Position numbers and translations under genes: made by a program
From: Acidobacteriota bacterium
GTDB taxonomy: Bacteria > Acidobacteriota > Thermoanaerobaculia > Gp7-AA8
NCBI GenBank assembly: GCA_019244185.1
Contig: JAFATB010000014.1
Location: forward strand, 320,001 to 384,000
Reading direction: 5' to 3'
DNA: 64,000 nucleotides
Part shown: positions 48,595 to 58,464 of the stretch, piece by piece
Layout: every line of letters starts with the position of its first letter
How positions within the stretch are numbered: position 1 is the stretch's first letter
Notes under the pieces: generated by a model
Database searches by the model: none
Told to the model about the DNA's origin: nothing
What the model saw: the letters and a program-made list of their open reading frames with translations, nothing else

Positions 48595-49425
48595 TCAGCC
48601 CTGCATGATGTTCAGCGTGCGGAAGCCGTGCACGATGAGCGTCCAGTAGCAATAGAGAATCGGAGTGGTGAAGAAGATCGAGTCGAAGCGGTCGAGCATG
48701 CCGCCGTGTCCCGGGAGCAGCGTCCCGGAGTCTTTCACGTCGGCCGAGCGCTTCCACATCGACTCGGTGAGGTCGCCGATCATGCCGGCGATCGAGAGGA
48801 TCACGCCGGCGATGATCGCGTGCAGCAGCGGGAACGCGGGGAAGAACGTGAAGTGGATGATGACCGCGGCGACGACGGAGGTGAAGACGCCGCCGATGCC
48901 GCCTTCGATGGTCTTCTTCGGGCTGATGCGCGGCGACATCTTGTGGCGGCCGAACGCGCGGCCGAAGTAGTAGGCGCCGGTGTCGCCCATCCAGACGACG
49001 AGGAGCAGGAAGAAGACGAGCTTCGCGCCGTCGGGGAAGTCGTTGCGCAGGCGGATGAGCGAGCCGCCGAGCATGCCGACGTAGGTCGTGGCGAGCACGG
49101 AGACGGCGCTCGACGGCAGCGAGTCATCGAGCGGACGCGCGCCGAGGACGTACCACGCGGGGATCACGAGCAGCGCGACGAAGACTCCGAGTTCGACGGA
49201 GAGCTGGGGGAGGATGAACGCCGTCATGAGGATGAGCGTGACGACGACGCAGAGCGGGATCGGGATGTCGTAGCCTTTGCGGCGGCCGAGGGTGAGGAAC
49301 TCGATCATGGCCAGGATGCCGATCGCGGCGACGGCGACGTCGAAGACGTAGGCGTGGCTCCAGCCGACGATCCAGACCGCGACCGGCGCGGCGATGAGGG
49401 CGGTGATTTCGCGGGCGAAGCGCAT
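48595..49425 (-). CDS. cdsA: Phosphatidate cytidylyltransferase
   Basis: DTGAY, ISPKKTIEG, KRSADVKDSG.LLPGHGGMLDRFDS. Confidence 0.95.
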   Translation of the reverse strand: MRFAREITALIAAPVAVWIVGWSHAYVFDVAVAAIGILAMIEFLTLGRRKGYDIPIPLCVVVTLILMTAFILPQLSVELGVFVALLVIPAWYVLGARPLDDSLPSSAVSVLATTYVGMLGGSLIRLRNDFPDGAKLVFFLLLVVWMGDTGAYYFGRAFGRHKMSPRISPKKTIEGGIGGVFTSVVAAVIIHFTFFPAFPLLHAIIAGVILSIAGMIGDLTESMWKRSADVKDSGTLLPGHGGMLDRFDSIFFTTPILYCYWTLIVHGFRTLNIMQG

Positions 49426-49439
49426 TCGTCAGGATGGCG

Positions 49440-50258
49440 TCACGACGAGGCGGCGTCGTCCGCCTCGATGAACATCTCCGCTTCCGCGCCTTCGACGCCG
49501 CCGTAGCGGCGCTCGCGCGACTGGAAGTCGATGATGGCCTCGAAGAGGTTGCGGCGGCGGAAGTCGGGCCAGAGCACTTTCGTGACGTGGATCTCGGCGT
49601 ACGCGATCTGCCAGAGCAGGAAGTTCGAGACGCGCAGCTCGCCGCTCGTGCGGATGAGGAGATCGGGATCGTCGACGTTCGCGGTGTAGAGGTGGCCGGC
49701 GAAGAAGTCCTCGTCGATGACCGCGTCGCTCATCTCCTTCTCGCGGAGGATGCTCATGATGCGGTTGCAGGTGTCGACGATCTCGGCGCGCCCGCCGTAG
49801 TTGAGCGCGATCTGAAAGAGGAGGCCGCTGTTCTCCGCGGTCTTCTCTTCCGCATAGCGAAGCTCGCGCTGCACGCTCGGATCGAGTCCGTCGACGCGGC
49901 CGATCGGCGTGAAGCGGATGTTGTTCTCCATCAGCGTCTGCAGCTCTTTGCGGAGGTACTCCTTGAGCAGCATCATGAGCGTGGCCACTTCGTAGCGCGG
50001 GCGCTTCCAGTTTTCGACGGAGAATGCGTAGAGCGTGATGACGCCGAGCTCGAGGCGCGCGGCGGTCTCGACGATCTCGCGTACGGAGGCGATGCCGGAG
50101 CGGTGGCCTTCGACGCGCGGCAGGTTGCGCGCGCGTGCCCAGCGGCCGTTGCCGTCCATGATCACGGCGACGTGGCGCGGCAGGCGTTTGAGGTCGATCC
50201 GTTCGAGGAGCGTCTCCTCGATCGAGCCCGGCTCGGCCAGCTTGCGCACGTCGATCAC
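49440..50258 (-). CDS. uppS: Undecaprenyl diphosphate synthase
   Basis: HVAVIMDGNGRWA, FSVENWKR, NYGGR, IRTSGELRVSNFLLWQ. Confidence 0.97.
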   Translation of the reverse strand: MIDVRKLAEPGSIEETLLERIDLKRLPRHVAVIMDGNGRWARARNLPRVEGHRSGIASVREIVETAARLELGVITLYAFSVENWKRPRYEVATLMMLLKEYLRKELQTLMENNIRFTPIGRVDGLDPSVQRELRYAEEKTAENSGLLFQIALNYGGRAEIVDTCNRIMSILREKEMSDAVIDEDFFAGHLYTANVDDPDLLIRTSGELRVSNFLLWQIAYAEIHVTKVLWPDFRRRNLFEAIIDFQSRERRYGGVEGAEAEMFIEADDAASS

Positions 50259-50275
50259 AGGTGCGGGATGTTATC

Positions 50276-50983
50276 TCAATACCGCACGTCGATGAGCACC
50301 AACCCCCGCGCCGGCGCGGTCCAGCGCGCGTCGTCGAAGAGCGCTGCCGCGTCGAGGCGTCCACGCCCCACTTCGATGAGCGAGCCGGCGATGCGGCGCA
50401 CCATGTAGCGGAGGAAGCCGTCGGCGGTGACGGTGATGCGGATGCGCTGCGCGTCGCGCACGACCTGCAATGATTCGATCGTTCGCGTCGTCGATGCGAC
50501 CTCGGGATCGGCGACCGTGAACGGCGCGAAGTCGTGCGTGCCGACGAGCGCCCGCGCGGCGGCGTCCATCGCGTTCGCGTCGAGGTAGCGCGTGACGTGC
50601 GCGTGCGTTTCGGCGGCGAAGACGTCGGCGACCTCGTCGTTCCAGATGCGGTACTCGTACGTCTTGGCTTTCGCGGAGAAGCGCGCGTGGAAGTCGTCCG
50701 CGACCGGCTCGGCGCGCGTCACGCGGACGTCGGGCGGCAGCAGTTGATTGAGGCCGAGGACGAGGCCGCGCGGCGGGATCTCGAAGGGGACGTCGGCGTG
50801 CGCGCGCTGCGCCGCGGCGTGGACGCCGGCGTCGGTGCGGCCGGCGCCGTGGAGGCGGACCGGCGTGTCGAAGAGCTGCGCGAGCGCTTCCTCGACGACC
50901 TGCTGGATGCCGAGCGCGTTGGTCTGCGCCTGCCAGCCGCCGTAGCGGGTGCCGAGGTATTGGAGGGTGAAGAGGAGGCGCAG
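50276..50983 (-). CDS. truA: tRNA pseudouridine(38-40) synthase TruA (probable CTG start)
   Basis: Frame extends upstream of the ORF-track start: LRLLFTLQYLGTRYGGWQ...AGRTDAGVHA...FHARF...GFLRYMVR...APARGL; GAGGAGG 5 nt before CTG at 50983. Confidence 0.9.
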   Translation of the reverse strand: MRLLFTLQYLGTRYGGWQAQTNALGIQQVVEEALAQLFDTPVRLHGAGRTDAGVHAAAQRAHADVPFEIPPRGLVLGLNQLLPPDVRVTRAEPVADDFHARFSAKAKTYEYRIWNDEVADVFAAETHAHVTRYLDANAMDAAARALVGTHDFAPFTVADPEVASTTRTIESLQVVRDAQRIRITVTADGFLRYMVRRIAGSLIEVGRGRLDAAALFDDARWTAPARGLVLIDVRY

Positions 50984-50993
50984 GCGCGCCTCC

Positions 50994-52661
50994 TCAATCT
51001 TGAGCGATGATCTGTTCGCGCCGGAAGCCGGTCGTGTTCGACACCGAGTCGATGACGCCGATGGAGATCTTGTTGAGGCCCTTCTCCATCAGCAGCTCGA
51101 GGCTGTACGTGTAGTACTTGCCCGAGGTCGACTTCATGTCCGCGGCGGGCACGTGGATCTGGTGCGTCTTGCGCGCGACGTCGGACATGTCGTTGTTCTT
51201 GTTGGCGACGGCGACGTAGAGGTCGAAGCCGCCGGCGAACTCGGTGGTGCCCTGCGGCACGAACGTGAGCGAGTCCATCGGGATCTGCACGTCGACCGGC
51301 ACTTTGTAGAGGCCGTCGTCGGTGGGGCGCGGGCGGCCGACGCGGGCGAGCAGTTTGAGGTCGTTGTCCTTGGTCGAGTAGAGGAGGTTCGCGATGACGC
51401 GGTCGCTCATCTCGGCGAAGACGGACTTCTCGACGAACGTCTGGCGGTTGCGGACGGTGTAGTCCTTGTGGTTCTTGACGCGCACGCGGAGGTAGCGCTG
51501 GCGGTCGACGCGCTCGGTGCCGGCGCGGTAGCCGAGCGAGTAGTAGGACTCGAGGTCGCGCTGGATGCGCTGGAAGGCCGCGGCGAAGTTGTTCGTCTGC
51601 ACGGAGGCCTCGCCGCCGGTCATCTCCGCCATCAGCTGCATCGACTCGGTGGTGTTCTGCATCGCCGCCGAAGTGACGGCGTACGAGATCGGCTGCTGGC
51701 GCTCGGCGGACATGTCGTTCGAGCCGATGAGGCCGCCCGCGTGGATCGTGTAGAGGGTGATGTTGTTCGCGTTCGCGGTGCGCCCGACCGACTGCACGAG
51801 CGTGGTGTCGTCGAAGGTCATGCCCTCGAGCAGCGTGCCGCCGTTGTTCCAGCCTTTGTCCTTGGCCACTTCCTCGATGAAGTAGTACGCCTCGCGGCCG
51901 GGCTGCATCGGGAAGCCTTCGCTGGTGAGCACGAGGACCTTCTTGCCCTCGATGCCCGCGAGCGTCGACATGAGCGCGTTGAGCGAGGCCACGCTGGTGC
52001 GGAGGTCGTGCTCGACCGACTGCGCGTACGTGCGCGCCTGCGCCGAGGCCTCGTCGTAGCTCTGCGCGTCGCGGATGCGGTCCTGCGTGGTCTGCCATTC
52101 GCTCTTGGCGGCGACGCCGAGGCCGGACTCGGTGCGGAGCGAGTCGAGCATGGAGATGATGGCGTTCTTGTCGCGCGTGAACGGCACGCGCACTTTCATG
52201 CTGCGGTTGTAGGTGGCGATCATGGCCTCGTCGCCGGGGCGCATGGCGTCGTTGACGAACTTCTTCATCTGCTCGAAGACGCGGTTGCGGTTGAACGGCG
52301 CGAGCGAGAGGTTGTCGACGTAGAAGACGATGCGGCGCTTGAGGCTCTCGGGGATCTCCTGCTTCGCGCCGGGTGCGAGCTCGGGCGCGGGCGTCTCGCC
52401 GACGACGTTCTTCGGCGTGCCGCCTTCGACCTCGTAGAAGTTCGAGATCGTCTTCGGCACGTTGTTCTCGAGGAGCTCGAAGTCGTCCTGCGTGAGGCCG
52501 CGGACCGGATTGCCTTTGCGGTCGGTGACGACGACGTCGACGTTGATGACGCGCACGTCGATGTTCTCGACGAGGCGCGGCGGCTCGGGATCGACCTGTT
52601 TCTGCGCGTAGACGGCGCCGCTGGACGCGAGCGCGAGGATCAGGGCCAGGATGCGTTTCAA
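50994..52661 (-). CDS. Exported VWA-domain protein (Acidobacterial VWFA-related type)
   Basis: TTG start after GGAGG; signal peptide; INVDVVVTDRKGNPVRGLTQDDF, GKKVLVLTSEGF, EMTGG, YYSLGY. Confidence 0.85.
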   Translation of the reverse strand: MKRILALILALASSGAVYAQKQVDPEPPRLVENIDVRVINVDVVVTDRKGNPVRGLTQDDFELLENNVPKTISNFYEVEGGTPKNVVGETPAPELAPGAKQEIPESLKRRIVFYVDNLSLAPFNRNRVFEQMKKFVNDAMRPGDEAMIATYNRSMKVRVPFTRDKNAIISMLDSLRTESGLGVAAKSEWQTTQDRIRDAQSYDEASAQARTYAQSVEHDLRTSVASLNALMSTLAGIEGKKVLVLTSEGFPMQPGREAYYFIEEVAKDKGWNNGGTLLEGMTFDDTTLVQSVGRTANANNITLYTIHAGGLIGSNDMSAERQQPISYAVTSAAMQNTTESMQLMAEMTGGEASVQTNNFAAAFQRIQRDLESYYSLGYRAGTERVDRQRYLRVRVKNHKDYTVRNRQTFVEKSVFAEMSDRVIANLLYSTKDNDLKLLARVGRPRPTDDGLYKVPVDVQIPMDSLTFVPQGTTEFAGGFDLYVAVANKNNDMSDVARKTHQIHVPAADMKSTSGKYYTYSLELLMEKGLNKISIGVIDSVSNTTGFRREQIIAQD

Positions 52662-52802
52662 GGTGGTGCCTCCGGGACGTTCGACGATTGCGGTCCGCCG
52701 CACGTTCCGCGCGAGGTGGCGCGCGTCATGCGAAAATACAGGACCGCCGGAAGGAAACCGGTGCGCCCGCGCAAAACTTCCGGTGTCGAAGAGGCCGCAC
52801 AA

Positions 52803-53696
52803 GTGCAACCGTCCAAACAAGATGCGCTCGGATTCGCCAAGATGGCCGGAGGCGGCAACGACTTCGTGGTGGTCGACAACCGCGCCGCGAAGATCGCCGA
52901 CGCGGGCGAGCTGACCCGCCGCATCGCCACGCGCGCCCTCTCGGTCGGCGCCGACGGCCTCATTCTCGTCGAGAGCTCCGCGCGCGCGACGTTCCGCATG
53001 CGCTACTACAACTCCGACGGCGGCCTGGCCGCGTTCTGCGCGAACGGCACCCGCTGCGCCGCGCGCTTCGCGTTCCTCAACGTCATCGCCGGACGGAAGA
53101 TGACCATCGAGACCGACGCGGGCATCGTCGGCGCGGAGATCGGCGACGGCGGCGCGGTCACGCTCTCGCTGCCGGCGCCGTACGAGTTCCGCCCGCGGCG
53201 TCCGCTCGCGGTCGGCGCGACGACGGTGCACGGCAGCTCGATCCTGGTCGGCGTGCCGCATTACGTCGCGTTCCTGAACGGCGAGCTCTGGCCGCACGAC
53301 ATCGTGCCGATCGGACGCGCGCTGCGCACGCATCGCGACCTTGCGCCCGACGGCGCGAACGTGAACTTCGTCAGCATCCGCGACCGGCACTCGATCGACG
53401 TGCGCACGTACGAGCGCGGCGTGGAAGGGGAGACGCTGTCCTGCGGCTCCGGCGTCGTGGCCTCGGCCGTCGTCAGCGCGCTCTTCGGACGCGTCGAGGC
53501 GCCGGTGTCGGTGCGCACGCGCAGCGGCATCGTGCTGGAGGTGTCGTTCCGCATCGACGGCGGGCATGCCGAGGACGTGCGGCTGAAGGGTGACGCCCGG
53601 CTCATCTATCGCGCTACCATCACGCCCGAGACTCTCGAAGGGTTCGATCCCGAGTTCGTCCGCGATCCCGCCGCGAGAGTCACGGTCTCTTCGTGA
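52803..53696 (+). CDS. dapF: Diaminopimelate epimerase
   Basis: KMAGGGNDF, GADG, CANGTRC, GVPH, NVNF, TYERGVEGETLSCGSG; start GTG 52803 or ATG 52728. Confidence 0.93.
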   Translation: MQPSKQDALGFAKMAGGGNDFVVVDNRAAKIADAGELTRRIATRALSVGADGLILVESSARATFRMRYYNSDGGLAAFCANGTRCAARFAFLNVIAGRKMTIETDAGIVGAEIGDGGAVTLSLPAPYEFRPRRPLAVGATTVHGSSILVGVPHYVAFLNGELWPHDIVPIGRALRTHRDLAPDGANVNFVSIRDRHSIDVRTYERGVEGETLSCGSGVVASAVVSALFGRVEAPVSVRTRSGIVLEVSFRIDGGHAEDVRLKGDARLIYRATITPETLEGFDPEFVRDPAARVTVSS

Positions 53697-54742
53697 AGGA
53701 AGACTCGCTCTCGCCCGCCGGCTGGATCGCCGCGGCCGCGCTCTCGGCCTGGGCTTGTCATCTCGCCGTTCGCTTCACGACGCCGATCGACTCGGCGTTG
53801 CCGTTCGTGGCCGTGCTGGTGACGCTCCTCGCGTGGGTTGCGGATCCCGCGTTGATGCTGGCGACGCCGCTGCTGATCGCGGCGGAGCTCGCGCTGCCGG
53901 ACGAGGGCGTGCGGCTGCTCGCAGTCGGTGCGATCGTGGCGGTGGCGTTCGCGTGCGCGGTCGTGCGCTCGCCGTTGCGCGCGGATGTGCTGGCGGTGAT
54001 CGCGCTGCTGTTGCTGCGCTGGATTCCGCGGCCCGCGCAGATCGGACGCGAGCTCGCGTTGCTCGTGCTGGCGCTGGTCATCGTGTACGTCCTCGGCCGC
54101 ACGCCATTCGCGATGGCGGTGGGCGTGGCGGCGGCGTTCTTCACGCCCGCGTTTCCGCTGCGGACGCTCGCGCTGCCGCTGGCGGTGCTCGTCGTGGCGA
54201 TGGCGGCGCGCGTGTTCGGGATGCCGGAACTGCGGCTGACGATCCCGTCGTTTGCAGCGGTGGCCTTCGCGCTGACGTTCTTCGCGTGGAGCGGACTCGT
54301 CGCGCGCGCGTTGCCGTACTTTTTGCGGCCGCCGTCGCGCGAGCCGGTGCGATTCATCGTCAATCGCGCGCTGGCCGCGAATCAGGCGCTGCAGCTCGCG
54401 GTGCCGGACGGCGCTCGCGCGCTCGTGCTCTCCGGCGCCAACGTGCCGCACTTCCGCCGCGGCGCGGTCGTCGGGCACATCGATCCGGGACACCTCACCG
54501 TGCGCATCGGTGACGTCGCCGATTGGGGCTACCTCCGCCGTGAGACGTACTACGCCTCGCACAATCCGCTGCCGCGCGATGCGGCGGGAAAACTCCGCGG
54601 CTACGGCTACGACGCGTGGCTCGACGGTGCCGGCCGCGTCGCGCTGCCGCGCGGCGCGCCCGTGGTGACCGTGACCGCCGACGCGTCGCTGCCGGCCGGC
54701 GCGTCGCTGCAAGTCGAAGGATTCGAGCTCGCGCCGCGATGA
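53693..54742 (+). CDS. Hypothetical multi-TM membrane protein
   Basis: Hydrophobic N-terminal two thirds, soluble C-terminal domain; coupled to dapF stop. Confidence 0.65.
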   Translation: MKEDSLSPAGWIAAAALSAWACHLAVRFTTPIDSALPFVAVLVTLLAWVADPALMLATPLLIAAELALPDEGVRLLAVGAIVAVAFACAVVRSPLRADVLAVIALLLLRWIPRPAQIGRELALLVLALVIVYVLGRTPFAMAVGVAAAFFTPAFPLRTLALPLAVLVVAMAARVFGMPELRLTIPSFAAVAFALTFFAWSGLVARALPYFLRPPSREPVRFIVNRALAANQALQLAVPDGARALVLSGANVPHFRRGAVVGHIDPGHLTVRIGDVADWGYLRRETYYASHNPLPRDAAGKLRGYGYDAWLDGAGRVALPRGAPVVTVTADASLPAGASLQVEGFELAPR

Positions 54743-56613
54743 GTTTCTTCGTCGTCGCCGCCGCGCTGCTCGTCCTCCCGCTCGTCGCTCTGCGCGGCCG
54801 GACGCTCGTGCGCTGCTACGTCGCGATCGGCGGTCTCTGGCTCTTCGCCGCACTGCTGCATCTCCGCATCCCCGACTTCGATCCCTACCTCGGCAACGTC
54901 AGCGTCGCCGTGCTCACGTTCGCGGTCTTCGCGCTGTTCCTCGCGCGCGGCGAACACGTGCGCTGGTCGGCGAATCGCGCCGCGGCGATCGCCGCGATCG
55001 TCTATGCCTGCACGATCCCGGCGATGCTGCGCACGCCGATCGATGGCGACGAGCCGTTCTATCTGCTCGTTACGGAGTCGCTCGCGCACGACGGCGATCT
55101 CGATCTCGCGAATCAGTACCGCACGCTCGCGACCTCGCAGACCGGGCGCCGCGATCTCGCGCCGCAGCCGGGCGATCCGCGCGGCCCGCACGGCGAGCAA
55201 TACTCGCGGCAGGAGCCGTTTCTCTCGCTGCTGCTGCTGCCCGGCTACGCACTGGCGGGGCTCTACGGCGCGCTCGCGACGATCGCGCTGTTCGGCGTGC
55301 TCCTCGTGCGCTCGACGATCCGCTGGATGGAAGACGAAGGCGTGCCCGACGACGCCGCGCGGGCGGTGTTTCCGCTCTTCGCGTTCGCGCCGCCGGTGCT
55401 CTTCTACGCGACGCGCATCTGGCCGGAAGTGCCCGCGGCGTTCTTCTTCGTCGAGGCGATGCGCGGCGTGCGCAATCAACGCCTGAAGCGCTGGCTGCCG
55501 TCGCTCTTCGGCCTGGTGATGCTGAAGCTCCGCTTCGTGCTCGTGGCCATCGGCGTCGTCGCGACCACGCTGCGGCGCACGCGCGCGCGACTTCTCGCGC
55601 TCGGCATCGTGGTGATCCCGCTCGTCGTGATGTGGCTGATCAGCGGCCGCGCGACGAACGTCCACGCGTGGAGCGAGATCCTGCCGACGACGCCGATGAA
55701 GTACGTGGTCGGCCTCGCGGGGCTGCTCGCGGACGGCATGAGCGGGATCGCGTTCCAGGCGCCGTTCTATCTTTTCGGACTCTTCGCGCTGACGCGCTGG
55801 CGCCACACGCCGCGCGGCTTTCGCCTCGGCATCCTCGCCAGCCTCCTCTACATCCTCTATCTATTGCCGCGTCCCGAATGGTTCGGCGGCTGGGCGCCGC
55901 CGCTGCGCTACGTCGTCTTCGTGATGCCGGTCCTCGCGCTCGGCATCGCGTCGCAGTGGGAGCGGCTCTCGCGCGGCGCGCTCGCCGTCGTCGCGCTCTG
56001 GACGGTCGCGCTGGCGATCCACGGCCTCGCGTATCCGTGGCGGCTCTTCCACATCGCGAACGGCGAGAACGCGCTCGGCGAGTGGCTGTCGTCGCTCGCG
56101 CGCGCCGACGTCTCGCGCATGTTCCCGAGCTTCATCCGCATGAACCATGCGGCGTGGCTCGGCGCGGGCGCCGTCGTGCTGCTCGCGTTCGCGCTGCGCC
56201 GCACGCGCAACGATCTCGCCGTGCCGCTCTTCGCGCTCGCGCTCGCGGCGGGCTTCGCGTACGCGCAGCAGCCGGGGCCGCGCGTCGAGTTCGAGGACAT
56301 CCATGTCGAACATCACGGCGGCACGCTGTACCCCGAGCTCTACGCCGTCATGCGCGTCACGTATCGCGGCGGCTGGACGCTGAACGCCGGCGACTCGCTG
56401 ACGTTCCTCGCGCGCGGCGGGCCGTCGACGCTGCACTACATCACCGGCCCCGGCGCGACCATCGAGCTTGCCGGCCGGGCGTATCACCTCCCGCCGGCTC
56501 CCGCGTACACGACGGCGCGCGTCGTGATCCCGCGCGCGGGCCGCGTCACGCTGCGCTGTCTCGACGGCGCGGTGAATCTGGACAGAATGGACCATGACGA
56601 CGACAGACGTTGA
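54739..56613 (+). CDS. Multi-TM protein, probable GT-C glycosyltransferase
   Basis: IDGDEPFYLL acidic loop motif, many TMs, WFGGWAPPLRY. Confidence 0.6.
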   Translation: MSFFVVAAALLVLPLVALRGRTLVRCYVAIGGLWLFAALLHLRIPDFDPYLGNVSVAVLTFAVFALFLARGEHVRWSANRAAAIAAIVYACTIPAMLRTPIDGDEPFYLLVTESLAHDGDLDLANQYRTLATSQTGRRDLAPQPGDPRGPHGEQYSRQEPFLSLLLLPGYALAGLYGALATIALFGVLLVRSTIRWMEDEGVPDDAARAVFPLFAFAPPVLFYATRIWPEVPAAFFFVEAMRGVRNQRLKRWLPSLFGLVMLKLRFVLVAIGVVATTLRRTRARLLALGIVVIPLVVMWLISGRATNVHAWSEILPTTPMKYVVGLAGLLADGMSGIAFQAPFYLFGLFALTRWRHTPRGFRLGILASLLYILYLLPRPEWFGGWAPPLRYVVFVMPVLALGIASQWERLSRGALAVVALWTVALAIHGLAYPWRLFHIANGENALGEWLSSLARADVSRMFPSFIRMNHAAWLGAGAVVLLAFALRRTRNDLAVPLFALALAAGFAYAQQPGPRVEFEDIHVEHHGGTLYPELYAVMRVTYRGGWTLNAGDSLTFLARGGPSTLHYITGPGATIELAGRAYHLPPAPAYTTARVVIPRAGRVTLRCLDGAVNLDRMDHDDDRR

Positions 56614-57391
56614 TGTCATCGTTCTCGACCTCGACGGCGGCGCGATGCTGCGCGACTGCTTGGGCTCGATCCACGCGCAGAGCGTGCCGCCGCGGCGCAT
56701 CGTCGTCTTCGACAACGGGTCGCGCGTGCCGGTCGAAGTCCCCGGCGCGGTCATCCTGCGCAGCGACACCAACCTCGGCTTCGCGCGCGGCGTGAACGAG
56801 GCGTTCGCGCGCACGTCCGCGCCGTACGTCGCGCTGATCAACAACGACGTGGTGCTCGATCGCGACTGGCTCGCGACCGTGCGCGACGCGCTCGATCGCG
56901 ACGAACGCCTCGCCGCCGTGCAGACGCTCATCCGCCGCCCGGACGGTCTCCTCGACGGCGCGGGCATCGACATCAGCGACGGCACCTATCGTCAGATCGG
57001 TCACGCGCAGCCGGTCGGCGCGCCGCTCGCGGTGCCGTGGGGCGTCTCCGCCACCGCCACGCTCTACCGCCGCGCCGCCCTCGGCGCGCGCGTGTTCGAC
57101 GAGCGTTTCTTCGCGTACTACGAAGACGTCGAGCTCTGCGCGCGTCTGCGCCGCGACGGTTGGCGCCTCGCGGTGCTGCCGTTCGTCGAGGCGACGCATC
57201 GCGGCTCCGCGACCGGCGCAAAGCTCGGCGCGCGCGCGCTGCGCCTCCGCACGCGCAACCGCTACTTCGTCGCGCGCCTGCACCGCGGCGTCGGACGCAT
57301 CCGCGCGCTGCTGTGGGAAGATGCGCGGCTCGCGCTGCGCGGCCGTACCTCGCCGCGCGGCGTCGTCGAAGGCCTATGGTCCAGGTTGTAG
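56594..57391 (+). CDS. Glycosyltransferase family 2
   Basis: FDNGS, NLGFARGVN, INNDV, FDERFFAYYEDVE. Confidence 0.9.
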   Translation: MTTTDVDVIVLDLDGGAMLRDCLGSIHAQSVPPRRIVVFDNGSRVPVEVPGAVILRSDTNLGFARGVNEAFARTSAPYVALINNDVVLDRDWLATVRDALDRDERLAAVQTLIRRPDGLLDGAGIDISDGTYRQIGHAQPVGAPLAVPWGVSATATLYRRAALGARVFDERFFAYYEDVELCARLRRDGWRLAVLPFVEATHRGSATGAKLGARALRLRTRNRYFVARLHRGVGRIRALLWEDARLALRGRTSPRGVVEGLWSRL

Positions 57392-58464
57392 TTCACACTC
57401 CCGACGTCGTCGGCGCGCGCATGGCCGGTCCGGGCATCCGCGCGTGGCATCTCTCGCGCGAGCTCGCGAAGCATTTCCCGACGACGCTCATCGCGCGGCG
57501 CGAAGGCGACGGGCACGCCGCCATCGTCGAACACGGCAGCGACGCCGCGCGGCGTGCGTTGCGTGACGCGGACGTCCTCATCGGCCAGCCCGCGCGCGGC
57601 TTTCGCAAGCGCCGTCGCGCGCAGCGCATCGTGTACGACCTCTTCGATCCGACGGTGCTCGAGCTCCGCGAGTTGTACGGCCACGCGCCGTCGCCGCGGC
57701 AGCGCGTGCATCTCGCCGCGGAATGGTGGCGTCTCGCCGAGGCGCTGCTGCGCGCGGATCTGCTGATGTGCGCGGCGCGGAAGCAGCGCGCGTTCTACGA
57801 GACGCTGCAAGGCGGGGAAGCGCGCTGGATCGAAGTGCCGTTCGGCATCGACCTCGAAGACGCCCGTGCGTGCGCGAAGCCGCAGGACAACATCGTGGTG
57901 TGGGGCGGCGGGGTGTGGGAGTGGCTCGATCCGGCGACCGCCGTCGACGCCATCGTCCGCGTGAACGCGCACGGCACGCGCGCGCGCCTCCTCTTCCTCG
58001 GGCGCGCGCGGCCGAATCGCAATCTCGTGGATCGCAGACGCGACGATCGCTTCGACGCGCTGCTCGCCCGCGGGCGCGGGCTCGTCTCGGCGAACGAAGA
58101 GTGGATTCCGTACGGCGAGCGGCTCGCGTGGCTGCGCGCGGGCAAAGTCGCTATCATGCTCCACCGTCGTACGGCGGAAGCCGAGTACTCGATCCGCACG
58201 CGCCTGTTCGATGCGATCGCCGCGGCCGTGCCGGTCGTGGCCACGGAAGGCGGGTTCGCGGCGGAGCTGGTCGCGCGCGAGGGTCTGGGGATCGTCGTGC
58301 CGGCCGAGGACGTCGCGGCGGTCGCGGAAGCGGTGCGGCGGCTGCTGACGGACGACGGTCTGCACTCCGCGTGCGTAGAGAATCTCGAGCGCATCCGGCC
58401 GCGCTTCGCGTGGGAGGTCGTCACGCAACCGCTGGTCGATGCCATCATGCAATGGCAAACCTGA
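57376..58464 (+). CDS. Glycosyltransferase (GT4-like)
   Basis: MAGPGIRAW, WGGGVWEWLD, SIRTRLFD...PVVATEG. Confidence 0.8.
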   Translation: MVQVVVHTPDVVGARMAGPGIRAWHLSRELAKHFPTTLIARREGDGHAAIVEHGSDAARRALRDADVLIGQPARGFRKRRRAQRIVYDLFDPTVLELRELYGHAPSPRQRVHLAAEWWRLAEALLRADLLMCAARKQRAFYETLQGGEARWIEVPFGIDLEDARACAKPQDNIVVWGGGVWEWLDPATAVDAIVRVNAHGTRARLLFLGRARPNRNLVDRRRDDRFDALLARGRGLVSANEEWIPYGERLAWLRAGKVAIMLHRRTAEAEYSIRTRLFDAIAAAVPVVATEGGFAAELVAREGLGIVVPAEDVAAVAEAVRRLLTDDGLHSACVENLERIRPRFAWEVVTQPLVDAIMQWQT

